From contig CAVVCK010000001.1 in NCBI GenBank assembly GCA_963746775.1, forward strand, positions 83,050 to 147,049: DNA of 64,000 nt. Direction: 5' to 3'. This stretch comes from an uncultured bacterium. GTDB lineage: Bacteria; Patescibacteriota; JABMPQ01; CAVVCK01. Positions within the stretch are counted from its first letter, which is position 1, and each line of letters opens with the position of its first letter. The translations under genes were made by a program, and so were the position numbers. Below are positions 7,538 to 16,386 of the stretch, piece after piece. A model generated the notes under the pieces. That model ran no database searches, was not told the DNA's origin, and saw only the letters and a list, made by a program, of their open reading frames with translations.

Positions 7538-9301
7538 CTATTTAATATAATTCAGTACCTGTTTATCACGACTTCTATCTCTGTAAACTGTCGTTCCCTT
7601 ACAGCCAAGCTTATAGGCTAATTTAAATACTTCTTCAACATCATGTAGCGTTGCATCGTGTGGTAGATTAACTGTTTTAGAAACAGCATTGTCGGTATAT
7701 TTTTGGAAAGCTGCTTGAATTCTAATATGCCACTCTGGTGCAATATCGTGAGCTGTTACAAATACCTTTTGCATTTCCTCGGGTATTCCTTCCATATTTT
7801 TTATAGTTCCACGCTCAGCCACTTTCTCCATTAGATCTTTAGAGTAAAGCCATTTTTCTTTAGCAACTTTTTCAAAAATAGGATTTACTTCTATTAATTC
7901 ATCTTTGCCTAAATCCATAATATTTTTTCTAACATATACTAACCCGAAAATAGGTTCAATCCCAGAAGTACAATTAGCAAAGATACTGGTTGTCCCGTTT
8001 GGTGCAATGGTTGTACAAGTTGCATTTCTTAATTTTTTAAAACCTTTTTTTGGCCAAATACTTTTATTAAAATTTGGGAAGTTGCCTCGCTCCTTGGCAA
8101 GCTTAACCGAAGCATCTCTAGCTTTCTTTTGAATAAATTTCATCAGTTTCTCCGCAAACAAAATTCCTTCTTCTGAATTATAAGGAATATTAAACTCAGC
8201 TAGCATATCAGCAAAACCCATTACACCTAACCCAATTTTTCTGTTTCCCCGATTTATTTCTTTAATTTCAGGAAGCGGATAATGATTTACATCTATGGAG
8301 TTATCCAGAAAATGAACTGCTACATCAATTACCCTCTCTAATCTGTCATAGTCTAATTCTTTTTCACCATTATTATCTACTACAAATTGAGATAAAATTA
8401 TAGAACCCAAATTACAGGCTTCATAAGCAAGCAACGGTTGCTCTCCACATAAGTTAGTTGCTTCAATTCTACCTAATCCAGGTGTCTGATTATATTTATT
8501 TACTGTATCAATAAAAATTATTCCTGGCTCAGCTGACTTCCAGGCTTTTTCCACAATTAAACTAAAAATTTTACGCGCACTTAAGTTCTTTACTTTTTTA
8601 TTGTTTCTAGGATTTATCAAATCATAATTTCTGCCATTCTTTACAGCTTTCATAAATTTATCAGTAATAGCGACTGATATATTAAAATTATTAAGAGCAT
8701 TATTCCCTTCTTTAGATTTTATAAAATCTAAAATATCCGGATGATCTACTCTTAAAATTCCCATATTACCAGCTCTTCTGGTACTAGCATTATTAACTAC
8801 AGTTTCGGAACTAAAATCATAAAGTTTCATAAAAGATAGGGGGCCAGAAGATTTTCCTTTGGTTGTTGAAACCAAATCCTCAGCTGGTCTTAATTTTGAA
8901 AAATCATAACCTATTCCTGCTCCAGTTTTATGTAAAAATGCTGCATTCTTTAGCGTTGTATAAATTGAATCCATTGAATCTTCAATTGGCAGTACATAAC
9001 AGGCCGACAATTGTTGTAATTCTCGACCGGCATTACGCAAAGTCATGCCAGATAAAAATTCTAGATTATTCATTACTTCAAAAAATTCTTCTTCAGTTTT
9101 TTTGAGTTCTTGTTTTGATTTTGTATAATTTTTATCTGCTGAAGCAATATTATGAGCTATGCGTCGAAACATATCTGAGACTTTTTCATATTGACCATTT
9201 TTATTTTTTTTCAAATATTGTCTTTTTTTCATTACAGCTACGGCATTTTTAGTCAATATTGGCTCTTCTGCTATTTTTTTAATTTTCTTTTGTTTTCCCA
9301 T
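7538..9301 (-). CDS. nrdJ: Class II ribonucleotide reductase catalytic subunit lacking the C-terminal Cys tail (NrdJa-like)
   Basis: QLSAC, TNLCGEQPL, EACNLGS, TIAPNGT, DNAVSKTVN, GCKGTTVYRD; ends at QVLNYIK. Confidence 0.92.
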   Translation of the reverse strand: MGKQKKIKKIAEEPILTKNAVAVMKKRQYLKKNKNGQYEKVSDMFRRIAHNIASADKNYTKSKQELKKTEEEFFEVMNNLEFLSGMTLRNAGRELQQLSACYVLPIEDSMDSIYTTLKNAAFLHKTGAGIGYDFSKLRPAEDLVSTTKGKSSGPLSFMKLYDFSSETVVNNASTRRAGNMGILRVDHPDILDFIKSKEGNNALNNFNISVAITDKFMKAVKNGRNYDLINPRNNKKVKNLSARKIFSLIVEKAWKSAEPGIIFIDTVNKYNQTPGLGRIEATNLCGEQPLLAYEACNLGSIILSQFVVDNNGEKELDYDRLERVIDVAVHFLDNSIDVNHYPLPEIKEINRGNRKIGLGVMGFADMLAEFNIPYNSEEGILFAEKLMKFIQKKARDASVKLAKERGNFPNFNKSIWPKKGFKKLRNATCTTIAPNGTTSIFANCTSGIEPIFGLVYVRKNIMDLGKDELIEVNPIFEKVAKEKWLYSKDLMEKVAERGTIKNMEGIPEEMQKVFVTAHDIAPEWHIRIQAAFQKYTDNAVSKTVNLPHDATLHDVEEVFKLAYKLGCKGTTVYRDRSRDKQVLNYIK

Positions 9302-9752
9302 TTTTATTTTCTAATTTTTTTAATTCACATTCGAAGTGATAAGCATTTTTAAAATTTTTATACACTGAAGCAAAACGTAAGTAAGCCACTTCATCAATTT
9401 CTTTTAAATAATTTACTACTAAATTTCCTATTTCTCTACTTTCAATTTCATTTTTATCTAAATTTAAAATATCTTGCTCTACATAGTTAACTAACTTTAA
9501 AATATCATTTTCAGAAATAGGCCTCTTTTCACAGGCTTGATTTAAACCTTTTATTATTTTTTCTCTATTATAAGGTTCTTTACTGCCATTTTTCTTGATA
9601 ACTGATAGCTGTAATAATTCTAACTCTTCATGTGTACTAAAACGAAATTTACACTTCAAACATTCCCTTCTGCGCCTAATAATAGCACCGGCATTCGTGG
9701 CCCTAGAATCTATTACCTTTGTTTCATTATATCCGCAAAAAGGACATTTCAT
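9279..9752 (-). CDS. nrdR: Transcriptional repressor NrdR
   Basis: MKCPFC..TKVIDSR..IRRRRECLKC..RFST.E Zn ribbon, ATP cone, DEVAYLRFASVY. Confidence 0.97.
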   Translation of the reverse strand: MKCPFCGYNETKVIDSRATNAGAIIRRRRECLKCKFRFSTHEELELLQLSVIKKNGSKEPYNREKIIKGLNQACEKRPISENDILKLVNYVEQDILNLDKNEIESREIGNLVVNYLKEIDEVAYLRFASVYKNFKNAYHFECELKKLENKNGKTKEN

Positions 9753-9824
9753 GGGATTATTTTACGTTTTATTTTTAAAATAATACTTATTTATAATTTA
9801 AACTTTTCTCGTATAGCCTATCCC

Positions 9825-9889
9825 AAATTACCAATTTACAAATTACAATTTTCAAATAAATTACAGTATCCAAACTTCAAATAACCAAA
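9825..9889. repeat. Half copy of the heptamer-periodic element in the nrdR leader
   Basis: aaattaccaatttacaaattacaattttcaaataaattaca resembles the reverse complement of the right arm of 11848-11974. Confidence 0.5.
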
Positions 9890-9917
9890 AAACGCTTAGA
9901 ACAATAAAATCTCTAGA

Positions 9918-9965
9918 ATACTATATCTTGTGGTGTATATTTTATTTTAATACTATATATATGGG
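9918..9965. promoter_or_regulatory. Tandem NrdR boxes
   Basis: ATACTATATCTTGTGG (9918-9933) matches acaCwAtATaTwGtgt; a degenerate second box ATACTATATATATGGG (9950-9965) starts 32 bp later. Confidence 0.75.
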
Positions 9966-9971
9966 TGTCAA
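9944..9971 (-). promoter_or_regulatory. sigma70-type promoter of the nrdR-nrdJ operon
   Basis: TTGACA-N16-TAAAAT on the minus strand; the spacer coincides with NrdR box 2. Confidence 0.65.
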
Positions 9972-10079
9972 ATAAATTTAAAATAAGGGTTTTTGCCCTT
10001 ATTTTAAAATAATAACAACTTTATTGATCAAAATAACTATACGTTGAACAAATAATTAGCTGTGGAAAACTATATAATA

Positions 10080-10616
10080 TTAATCCTGACTTTCAGATTT
10101 AACTAATATTTCTTTACTTAATGTCTCATAATCAGGCAATTCCCTACAGGAGCTAATGCCCAAATGCCTTAAAAATTTAAAAGAAACTTGATATATTGAT
10201 TTTCTTGAATCTTTTTCACTCTTAGCCTTATCAATTAATCCTCTAATCATTAAATTTCTCAAAATATAAATACAATTTACCCCTCTGATTAATTCTATTT
10301 CAGCTCGAGTAATTGGTCCTCGATAAGCAATAATAGCTAAAGTTTCTTGCGCTATTTTCGACAAGTCTTCCTGTAAATCTTCAGTCACTAAACTTTTTAC
10401 AAAACTAGCATAATTTGGATTTGAGACCATTTGTACTGCATCATCTTTAGCTATTAAAATAATTCCTCTCATCTCTTCTTTATATCCATTATTTAAATCA
10501 TTTAGCTCGTCTTTTACTTCTTTGTCAGTCATTTTTGTTATTTGAGCTAACTTTTTTATTTTAATTGGCTTACCCGAAGTAAATACTAGACTTTCTAATA
10601 GATATTTATTGTTCAT
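10080..10616 (-). CDS. scpB: SMC-Scp complex subunit ScpB
   Basis: ETLAIIAYRGPITRAEIELIRGVN motif; adjacent to scpA. Confidence 0.95.
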   Translation of the reverse strand: MNNKYLLESLVFTSGKPIKIKKLAQITKMTDKEVKDELNDLNNGYKEEMRGIILIAKDDAVQMVSNPNYASFVKSLVTEDLQEDLSKIAQETLAIIAYRGPITRAEIELIRGVNCIYILRNLMIRGLIDKAKSEKDSRKSIYQVSFKFLRHLGISSCRELPDYETLSKEILVKSESQD

Positions 10617-11334
10617 TGTTTTTTATTTTATTTTTCTTTTTTAATAAAATATCACCAAATATTTCATTTTGATCAACGTGAACTACTTGTTGCTTTACCA
10701 ATTCCAATAAGGCTAAAAATGAAACAACTGCTTCCATTTTATTTTGTGATTTTTTTATAATGTTTCTAAATTCTAAATTTATTTGTTTTGATATCATTTT
10801 CTGTAAATCAATAATTCTTTCTTTAATTGAAATAGTTTGTTTAACTGTCTTCTTAGCTAAATCCCTAAATTTACTAATGCTTAAAACTATTGATTTCATA
10901 GCCTCATGCATAGAATTTAACTTTAGATTCCTACCTGGTGCAAAAACATCACTTTTTTGCAAACAAAATTCCTGCTCAAAAGAAATTTGCTTATTTTTGT
11001 ATATTTCATCAATCTTTTGTGATTGATCCTTGAATTTCTTATACTCTTTTAACCTAAAAGCTAACTCTTCAGCCGATATTTCTTCCTCATCTTCAATATC
11101 TAAATCAGGAAGCAATGCTCTTGATTTAATTAAAATAAGCTGAGAAGCCATTATTAGAAAATCTGCTAGATTTTCTGCTTCTATTTCCTCTATTTTTTTT
11201 ATATGTTCTAAAAATTGATCTGTAACCTTTTCTAAAGATACCTCCGTAATATCAAGCTTTTCTTTTTCTATTAATTGCAATAAAAGATCAAGGGGACCTT
11301 CAAATTTTTCTATATTTATTTTATATTTATCCAT
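10606..11334 (-). CDS. scpA: Segregation/condensation protein ScpA
   Basis: FEGPLDLLLQLI N-terminus; FLALLELVK...Q...FGDI C-terminus. Confidence 0.95.
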   Translation of the reverse strand: MDKYKINIEKFEGPLDLLLQLIEKEKLDITEVSLEKVTDQFLEHIKKIEEIEAENLADFLIMASQLILIKSRALLPDLDIEDEEEISAEELAFRLKEYKKFKDQSQKIDEIYKNKQISFEQEFCLQKSDVFAPGRNLKLNSMHEAMKSIVLSISKFRDLAKKTVKQTISIKERIIDLQKMISKQINLEFRNIIKKSQNKMEAVVSFLALLELVKQQVVHVDQNEIFGDILLKKKNKIKNNEQ

Positions 11335-11831
11335 TATTTTGTTTTAGAAAAGCTTCCTTCTATTAATTCTTCGGCTAATTTGTATTGGACTGGTGTAATT
11401 TCTATACTTTCAGTAAAACTACCTGCATTAAGATTAATTTTTTTATTTTTTAATAATAATTTATCTACAAACGTAGGTCTTTTATATAAACTACCAAAAG
11501 GAGTAAGCGCTCCAATTTTTTTAGTAAAATTTTTCTTAATCTGAAGTTCGTTAGCTATGGATAATTTTTTTATTCTCTTTTCCCCTATCTGTATAATATA
11601 TTTGTTCATTACTTTTTTAAGCTTTACAATATCTAATTTTCTATTTCCTGGAATAACTGCCAAAGCAAATTTACTATCACCTTTAACTAATAGTGTTTTA
11701 GCAATAGTTTTAATGTTTATCTTCTGAGTTTGAGCAGCATCATAAGTAGTGTAGACTTTTTTGTGCTCTATTATTTTATATTTTATTTTGTTTTTATCTA
11801 AAAAACTAATTAGTTTCTTCAATGCAGACAT
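11334..11831 (-). CDS. YbaK/EbsC family aminoacyl-tRNA editing-domain protein
   Basis: H...YT..DAA, IAKTLLVK, G.L.PFG, NAGS...SI; downstream of aspS. Confidence 0.8.
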   Translation of the reverse strand: MSALKKLISFLDKNKIKYKIIEHKKVYTTYDAAQTQKINIKTIAKTLLVKGDSKFALAVIPGNRKLDIVKLKKVMNKYIIQIGEKRIKKLSIANELQIKKNFTKKIGALTPFGSLYKRPTFVDKLLLKNKKINLNAGSFTESIEITPVQYKLAEELIEGSFSKTK

Positions 11832-11847
11832 GGTTTTTTATTTTAAT

Positions 11848-11974
11848 AATCAAACACCAAATTACAATCACTAAATAAACTTCAATAGTCAATTTATAAA
11901 TAATAATTGTTTGAAATTTTGATTATTGGAATTTGTAATTTGTTTGGAAATTGAAAATTGGTTATTGGAAATTT
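11848..11974. repeat. Heptamer-periodic palindromic intergenic element
   Basis: caaacaccaaattacaa ... ttgtaatttgtttggaaattgaaaattggttattggaaattt; inverted arms built from 7-bp units. Confidence 0.6.
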
Positions 11975-11991
11975 AATACGTCATGAACACT

Positions 11992-13761
11992 CTAAATTTT
12001 ATTTAGCTTTAAGTGTAATTCTTTTAACTGTTTTTCCGTCACTTCACTAGGTGCTCCAGTCATTAGATCCTGGGCTGTTCCACTTAGAGGAAAAGCATAG
12101 ATATCGCGAATACTATTACAATCCCATAAAACCATTAAAAGTCTATCTACTCCAGGAGCTATCCCTCCATGAGGAGGCGCACCAAATTCAAAAGCCTTGA
12201 TCATATGACCGAATTTCTTATCAACATCCTCCTTAGAATAACCAGCGATCTCAAATGCCTTATACATTATCTTTGGATCATGGTTCCTAATTGCTCCCGA
12301 GCTTAATTCATGACCATTACAAATAAAATCGTATTGATATGCTAGTATATCCAATGGATCTTTCTCTTCTAGAGCTTTCAAACCTCCTTGGGGCATAGAA
12401 AAAGGATTATGAGAAAAATCTATTTTACCTTCTTCTATTTCAGAATAATCATACATAGGATAATCATAAATCCAAAGCCAAGCAGCTAGTTTAGGATCTT
12501 TTAAATTTAACTTTTCTCCACATTTTTCTCGAACTACACCCAAAGATGAGCAAGCTACTTTCCATTTATCTGCTCCAAAAAATACAATATCTCCAGTTTT
12601 TGCGCCTGTAATTTTAGTAATTCCATCAATTTCAGATTGACCCATAAACTTTAATATGGGAGATTTTAATTCCTTCTCGTAGACAATATAGGCTAAGCCG
12701 CGAGCTCCTTTGCCTTTGGCTAATTCTGTTAATTCATCAATATCTTTCCTAGAAAATTTAGCTCCATTTGTAACTTTCAGAGCATAAACAACTCCTTTGT
12801 CTTTTAATACATTAGAAAACACTTGGAATTTAGAATCCTTAACCGTGCTAGATATATCTTTTATCTCAAAATCAAACCTTAAATCAGGTTTATCAGAACC
12901 ATAACGAGACATTGCCTCTTTATATGTAATCCTTTTAAAAGGTTTAAACATAACCTTTTTATCAGAAAATTTCTCGGTCAATTCTATCATTAAAGGCTCA
13001 ATCATATTCCAGATATCTTCTTGCTCTACAAAGGACATTTCCATATCAATCTGATAAAAAGATCCTGGATGTCTATCTGCCCTTGGGTCTTCATCACGAA
13101 AGCAAGGTGCTAATTGAAAGTAACGATCTAGCCCCGCTACCATTAAAAGTTGCTTAAACTGTTGTGGAGCCTGTGGAAGCGCGTAAAACTTACCAGGATG
13201 CAATCTAGATGGTACTAAATAATCTCTAGCACCTTCAGGACTAGTATTAGCTAATATAGGAGTTTGAACTTCTATAAAATTATTTTTATGAAAATATTCC
13301 CGTACGTAAGTAAATATTTCATCTTTTTTCTTTAAAATATTTTGATAATACTGATGTCTTAAGTCTAAAAATCTATATTTAAGACGTAAATCTTCTGAAG
13401 CCCTAGTTCTCTTCTTATCATTTATTTCAAAAGGAGTAGTTTTGGCTTTATTTAAAATCACAATTCGGGATGCTTCCACTTCGATCTCTCCTGTTTTTAA
13501 ATCTGGGTTGACCATTTCTTTCGGTCTTAATCTAACTTTTCCTTCAATTTGAACAACAAATTCAGAACGACAGCTATCTGCAACACTAAATACTTCCTTA
13601 TTCTCAGGATTAAAAACTACTTGGGTTAATCCGTATCGATCACGCAAGTCAATAAAAATAAGACCACCATGATCTCTTCGAGAATTCACCCAACCGCAAA
13701 GTATAACTTCTTTATTTTCTCCGGATTTTGTTAATTCTCCGCAAGTATTAGTTCTGAGCAT
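11992..13761 (-). CDS. aspS: Aspartate--tRNA ligase, probably non-discriminating Asp/Asn type
   Basis: RRDHGGL (His typical of the non-discriminating type), PEGARDY, ALPQAPQQFKQLLM, CFRDED.RADR, GAPPHGGIA. Confidence 0.96.
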   Translation of the reverse strand: MLRTNTCGELTKSGENKEVILCGWVNSRRDHGGLIFIDLRDRYGLTQVVFNPENKEVFSVADSCRSEFVVQIEGKVRLRPKEMVNPDLKTGEIEVEASRIVILNKAKTTPFEINDKKRTRASEDLRLKYRFLDLRHQYYQNILKKKDEIFTYVREYFHKNNFIEVQTPILANTSPEGARDYLVPSRLHPGKFYALPQAPQQFKQLLMVAGLDRYFQLAPCFRDEDPRADRHPGSFYQIDMEMSFVEQEDIWNMIEPLMIELTEKFSDKKVMFKPFKRITYKEAMSRYGSDKPDLRFDFEIKDISSTVKDSKFQVFSNVLKDKGVVYALKVTNGAKFSRKDIDELTELAKGKGARGLAYIVYEKELKSPILKFMGQSEIDGITKITGAKTGDIVFFGADKWKVACSSLGVVREKCGEKLNLKDPKLAAWLWIYDYPMYDYSEIEEGKIDFSHNPFSMPQGGLKALEEKDPLDILAYQYDFICNGHELSSGAIRNHDPKIMYKAFEIAGYSKEDVDKKFGHMIKAFEFGAPPHGGIAPGVDRLLMVLWDCNSIRDIYAFPLSGTAQDLMTGAPSEVTEKQLKELHLKLNKI

Positions 13762-13789
13762 TATTTATCATTATTCTTATTATTTATTA

Positions 13790-13817
13790 ATTATACTCGA
13801 TTTTTTATTCTAGTCAA
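13790..13817 (-). promoter_or_regulatory. Putative sigma70 promoter of aspS
   Basis: TTGACT-N16-TATAAT on the minus strand. Confidence 0.55.
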
Positions 13818-13831
13818 AGCCCTAATAATAT

Positions 13832-13860
13832 AAAAAAGCTCTGTCAAAGAGCCTTTTTTT
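13832..13860 (-). terminator. Putative intrinsic terminator after secF
   Basis: aaaaaagctc-tgtcaaa-gagc-cttttttt hairpin flanked by A/T runs. Confidence 0.5.
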
Positions 13861-13883
13861 ATTACATTATAAATTATAAATTT

Positions 13884-14783
13884 TTACCTTCTTCTCTTCT
13901 CCCAAGCTACCAAGATAGGGCTAGCAATGAAAATAGAAGAATAAGTCCCAGCCACAATTCCAACAATCAAAGCCATCACAAACCATTCTATAGTAGATCC
14001 TCCAAATAAATATAGCGCCAATAAAACCAATAAAGTTGTTGCCGAAGTATTAATAGAGCGAACCATAGTTTCATTCACACTTTTTTCTACTAAATATTCA
14101 AATTCTCCAGTAGTCTTTAGGACATTATATCTGATTCTATCGAAAACAACGATAGTATCATTAACTGAATAACCCAAAACTGTTAATATAGCAATAACAA
14201 ACATACTGTTAACTTCTACACCTAAGAAATGTCCTAATAAAGAAAATACACCTAATACAACCAATACATCATGGAATAAAGCCAGAATAGCTGATACCCC
14301 AAATTTCCAAGAAGAAATTTTACCAGAAACTTTACGAAATACCCAAGCTACATATAAAATAATACAAATAACAACTAAAATTACAGCCGTTACCGCTTTA
14401 CTTTTTAATTCCTTACCAATTGTCGGACCAATAGTCTCGAAACGATTTTCTTCTACTAAATCACTATCATTTTGAATAAACCCTTTCTTTAAAACATCTA
14501 ATATCTCTTGGTGCTTACTCTCATCTATATTTTTTAAACGAATTAAAAAATCTTGTTCTTGTGATTTTTGTACTGTTATATCTCCTAAATCCAGAGGAGT
14601 TAAAATCTCTTTTATTTTCACAACATCAGCTCCAGCATTATTTATTTCAACTTCCATCAACGTTCCACCTGTAAAATCTATCCCTAATTTAAATTGAAAT
14701 AAAACAAGCGAAATAATACTTATAGTTAAAATAAGACTGGATAATATAAACCAAATTTTACGATATTTTATAATTGGCAGCAT
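13884..14783 (-). CDS. secF: Protein translocase subunit SecF
   Basis: LGIDFTGGT, IGPTIGKEL, GYSVNDTIVVFDRIR, GTYSSIFIA. Confidence 0.96.
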   Translation of the reverse strand: MLPIIKYRKIWFILSSLILTISIISLVLFQFKLGIDFTGGTLMEVEINNAGADVVKIKEILTPLDLGDITVQKSQEQDFLIRLKNIDESKHQEILDVLKKGFIQNDSDLVEENRFETIGPTIGKELKSKAVTAVILVVICIILYVAWVFRKVSGKISSWKFGVSAILALFHDVLVVLGVFSLLGHFLGVEVNSMFVIAILTVLGYSVNDTIVVFDRIRYNVLKTTGEFEYLVEKSVNETMVRSINTSATTLLVLLALYLFGGSTIEWFVMALIVGIVAGTYSSIFIASPILVAWEKRRR

Positions 14784-16379
14784 TTATTTAGATTCTAATT
14801 TATTTTTTTTAATTCCTAACAACCATAATCTTTTTTCTAATCCCCGCCTAGCAATAAGTAATAAAAATGTTCTCGTCACCACAATTGCTGAAAACATACT
14901 AACCAAAACCCCGATACCGAGCGTAATAGCAAAGCCTTTTAGAATTCCTACTCCAAACCAAGCCAATATTACACAGGTAATAATAGTAGATATATTTGAA
15001 TCTCTAATAGAAAGCCAGGCGTGCTTGAAGCCTTCCTCTATACTAACTATTAAACTATTTCCTTCATTTAATTCTTCTTTAATTCTCTCAAATATAAGTA
15101 CATTAGCATCCACGGCCATTCCAATAGATAAAATAAAACCAGCAATGCCAGACAAGGTTAGGGTTACAGGTATTAATTTAAATAATGCTAGGATTATTAA
15201 AGCATATATTCCCAAGGCTAGAACTGCTAAAATTCCAGGCAATCTATAGTAAACAATCATAAATAAACATACCAAAGCCAAACCAATGATGCCAGCCATA
15301 AAGCTTTTTTCAACAGAAATTTTACCTAAAGTTGCTCCTATAGTTTGTTGCGATACTAAATTAATTGGTACAGGTAGTGCTCCTGCATTTAATCTACGAG
15401 CAAGTTGTTTTGCTTCATCTATTGTAAAATCTCCAGTAATGACCGCCCTGCCCTCGCCTATCCTCTCATTCACTCTGGGTGTACTAATTGGCTGTCCATC
15501 CAAAAATATTCCTACTGGTTTACCAATGTTTCGCTCAGTTATATCGGCAAACAATTTCTTACCTTCATCATTAAATTCCAAACTTATTATTGGCATACCT
15601 GTACTTGGATCATATTGAAGCTGCGCCTGCTTTAAGTGCTGGCCAGTAAGCTTAGTCATTTTGAATCCAGGATATGCGCCTTCTGTCTTTTGTGCATCTA
15701 ATTGTGCCTGTAATTTTTCCACATCAATCGGATTACCATCTTTATCTACTAATTTAGCATCTTCACCTTCTCCCTGTATTTGTAATTCATCGGTATTTAT
15801 TAAAGGTTCAGATTCATTTTCAACATTCTTATTTTCTTCAATATTTGCTGTGTTTTCTTCTGTAGAATCTACAGGATTAGATTCTCCAGTATTTTCTGTG
15901 ATTACTTGCTCTCCATTTTCACTATTGTTATCAGTTGAACTAATTTCCTTATCAGCCTCTGTATTGGTCGCATCTTCTTCCATCTCTCTAAAATCCAAAG
16001 ATGGCGTTTGTCCTATCATATTAATAGCTTCATTAACATCAGTTACTCCGGCTAATTCTACAATTAAACGCCAATTGCCTTCGGTTTTTACTGTTTGCAC
16101 AATAGGTTCAGATACTCCAATAACATTAACCCTTCGCTCAATTACATCACGCACCCCAGCCATAGCATCCTCATAATTTTCCGGTGCAATATTTGATAAA
16201 TCTGCTTCATAAATTAAATGTACTCCACCTTGTAAATCCAAACCAAGATGAACTTTTAATTCTTTATGATAATCTTGGATTCTGATATCTGGACCCTTAG
16301 GCCAATCAACTAAACCAGTTAGTATTACTAAAATAAGTATACCAAGAAATGTTAACCAAATTTTTTTTCTAATATTCAT
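14784..16379 (-). CDS. secD: Protein translocase subunit SecD
   Basis: LGLDLQGG, GVSEP, GALPVP, GMAVDANVLIFERIKEE, GFAITL. Confidence 0.96.
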   Translation of the reverse strand: MNIRKKIWLTFLGILILVILTGLVDWPKGPDIRIQDYHKELKVHLGLDLQGGVHLIYEADLSNIAPENYEDAMAGVRDVIERRVNVIGVSEPIVQTVKTEGNWRLIVELAGVTDVNEAINMIGQTPSLDFREMEEDATNTEADKEISSTDNNSENGEQVITENTGESNPVDSTEENTANIEENKNVENESEPLINTDELQIQGEGEDAKLVDKDGNPIDVEKLQAQLDAQKTEGAYPGFKMTKLTGQHLKQAQLQYDPSTGMPIISLEFNDEGKKLFADITERNIGKPVGIFLDGQPISTPRVNERIGEGRAVITGDFTIDEAKQLARRLNAGALPVPINLVSQQTIGATLGKISVEKSFMAGIIGLALVCLFMIVYYRLPGILAVLALGIYALIILALFKLIPVTLTLSGIAGFILSIGMAVDANVLIFERIKEELNEGNSLIVSIEEGFKHAWLSIRDSNISTIITCVILAWFGVGILKGFAITLGIGVLVSMFSAIVVTRTFLLLIARRGLEKRLWLLGIKKNKLESK

Positions 16380-16386
16380 AATAATT

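Noticed and set aside
1106-9301. Assembly duplication producing three nrdJ copies
   Set aside because: The copies are extensively diverged at protein and nucleotide level; only short identical tracts exist.
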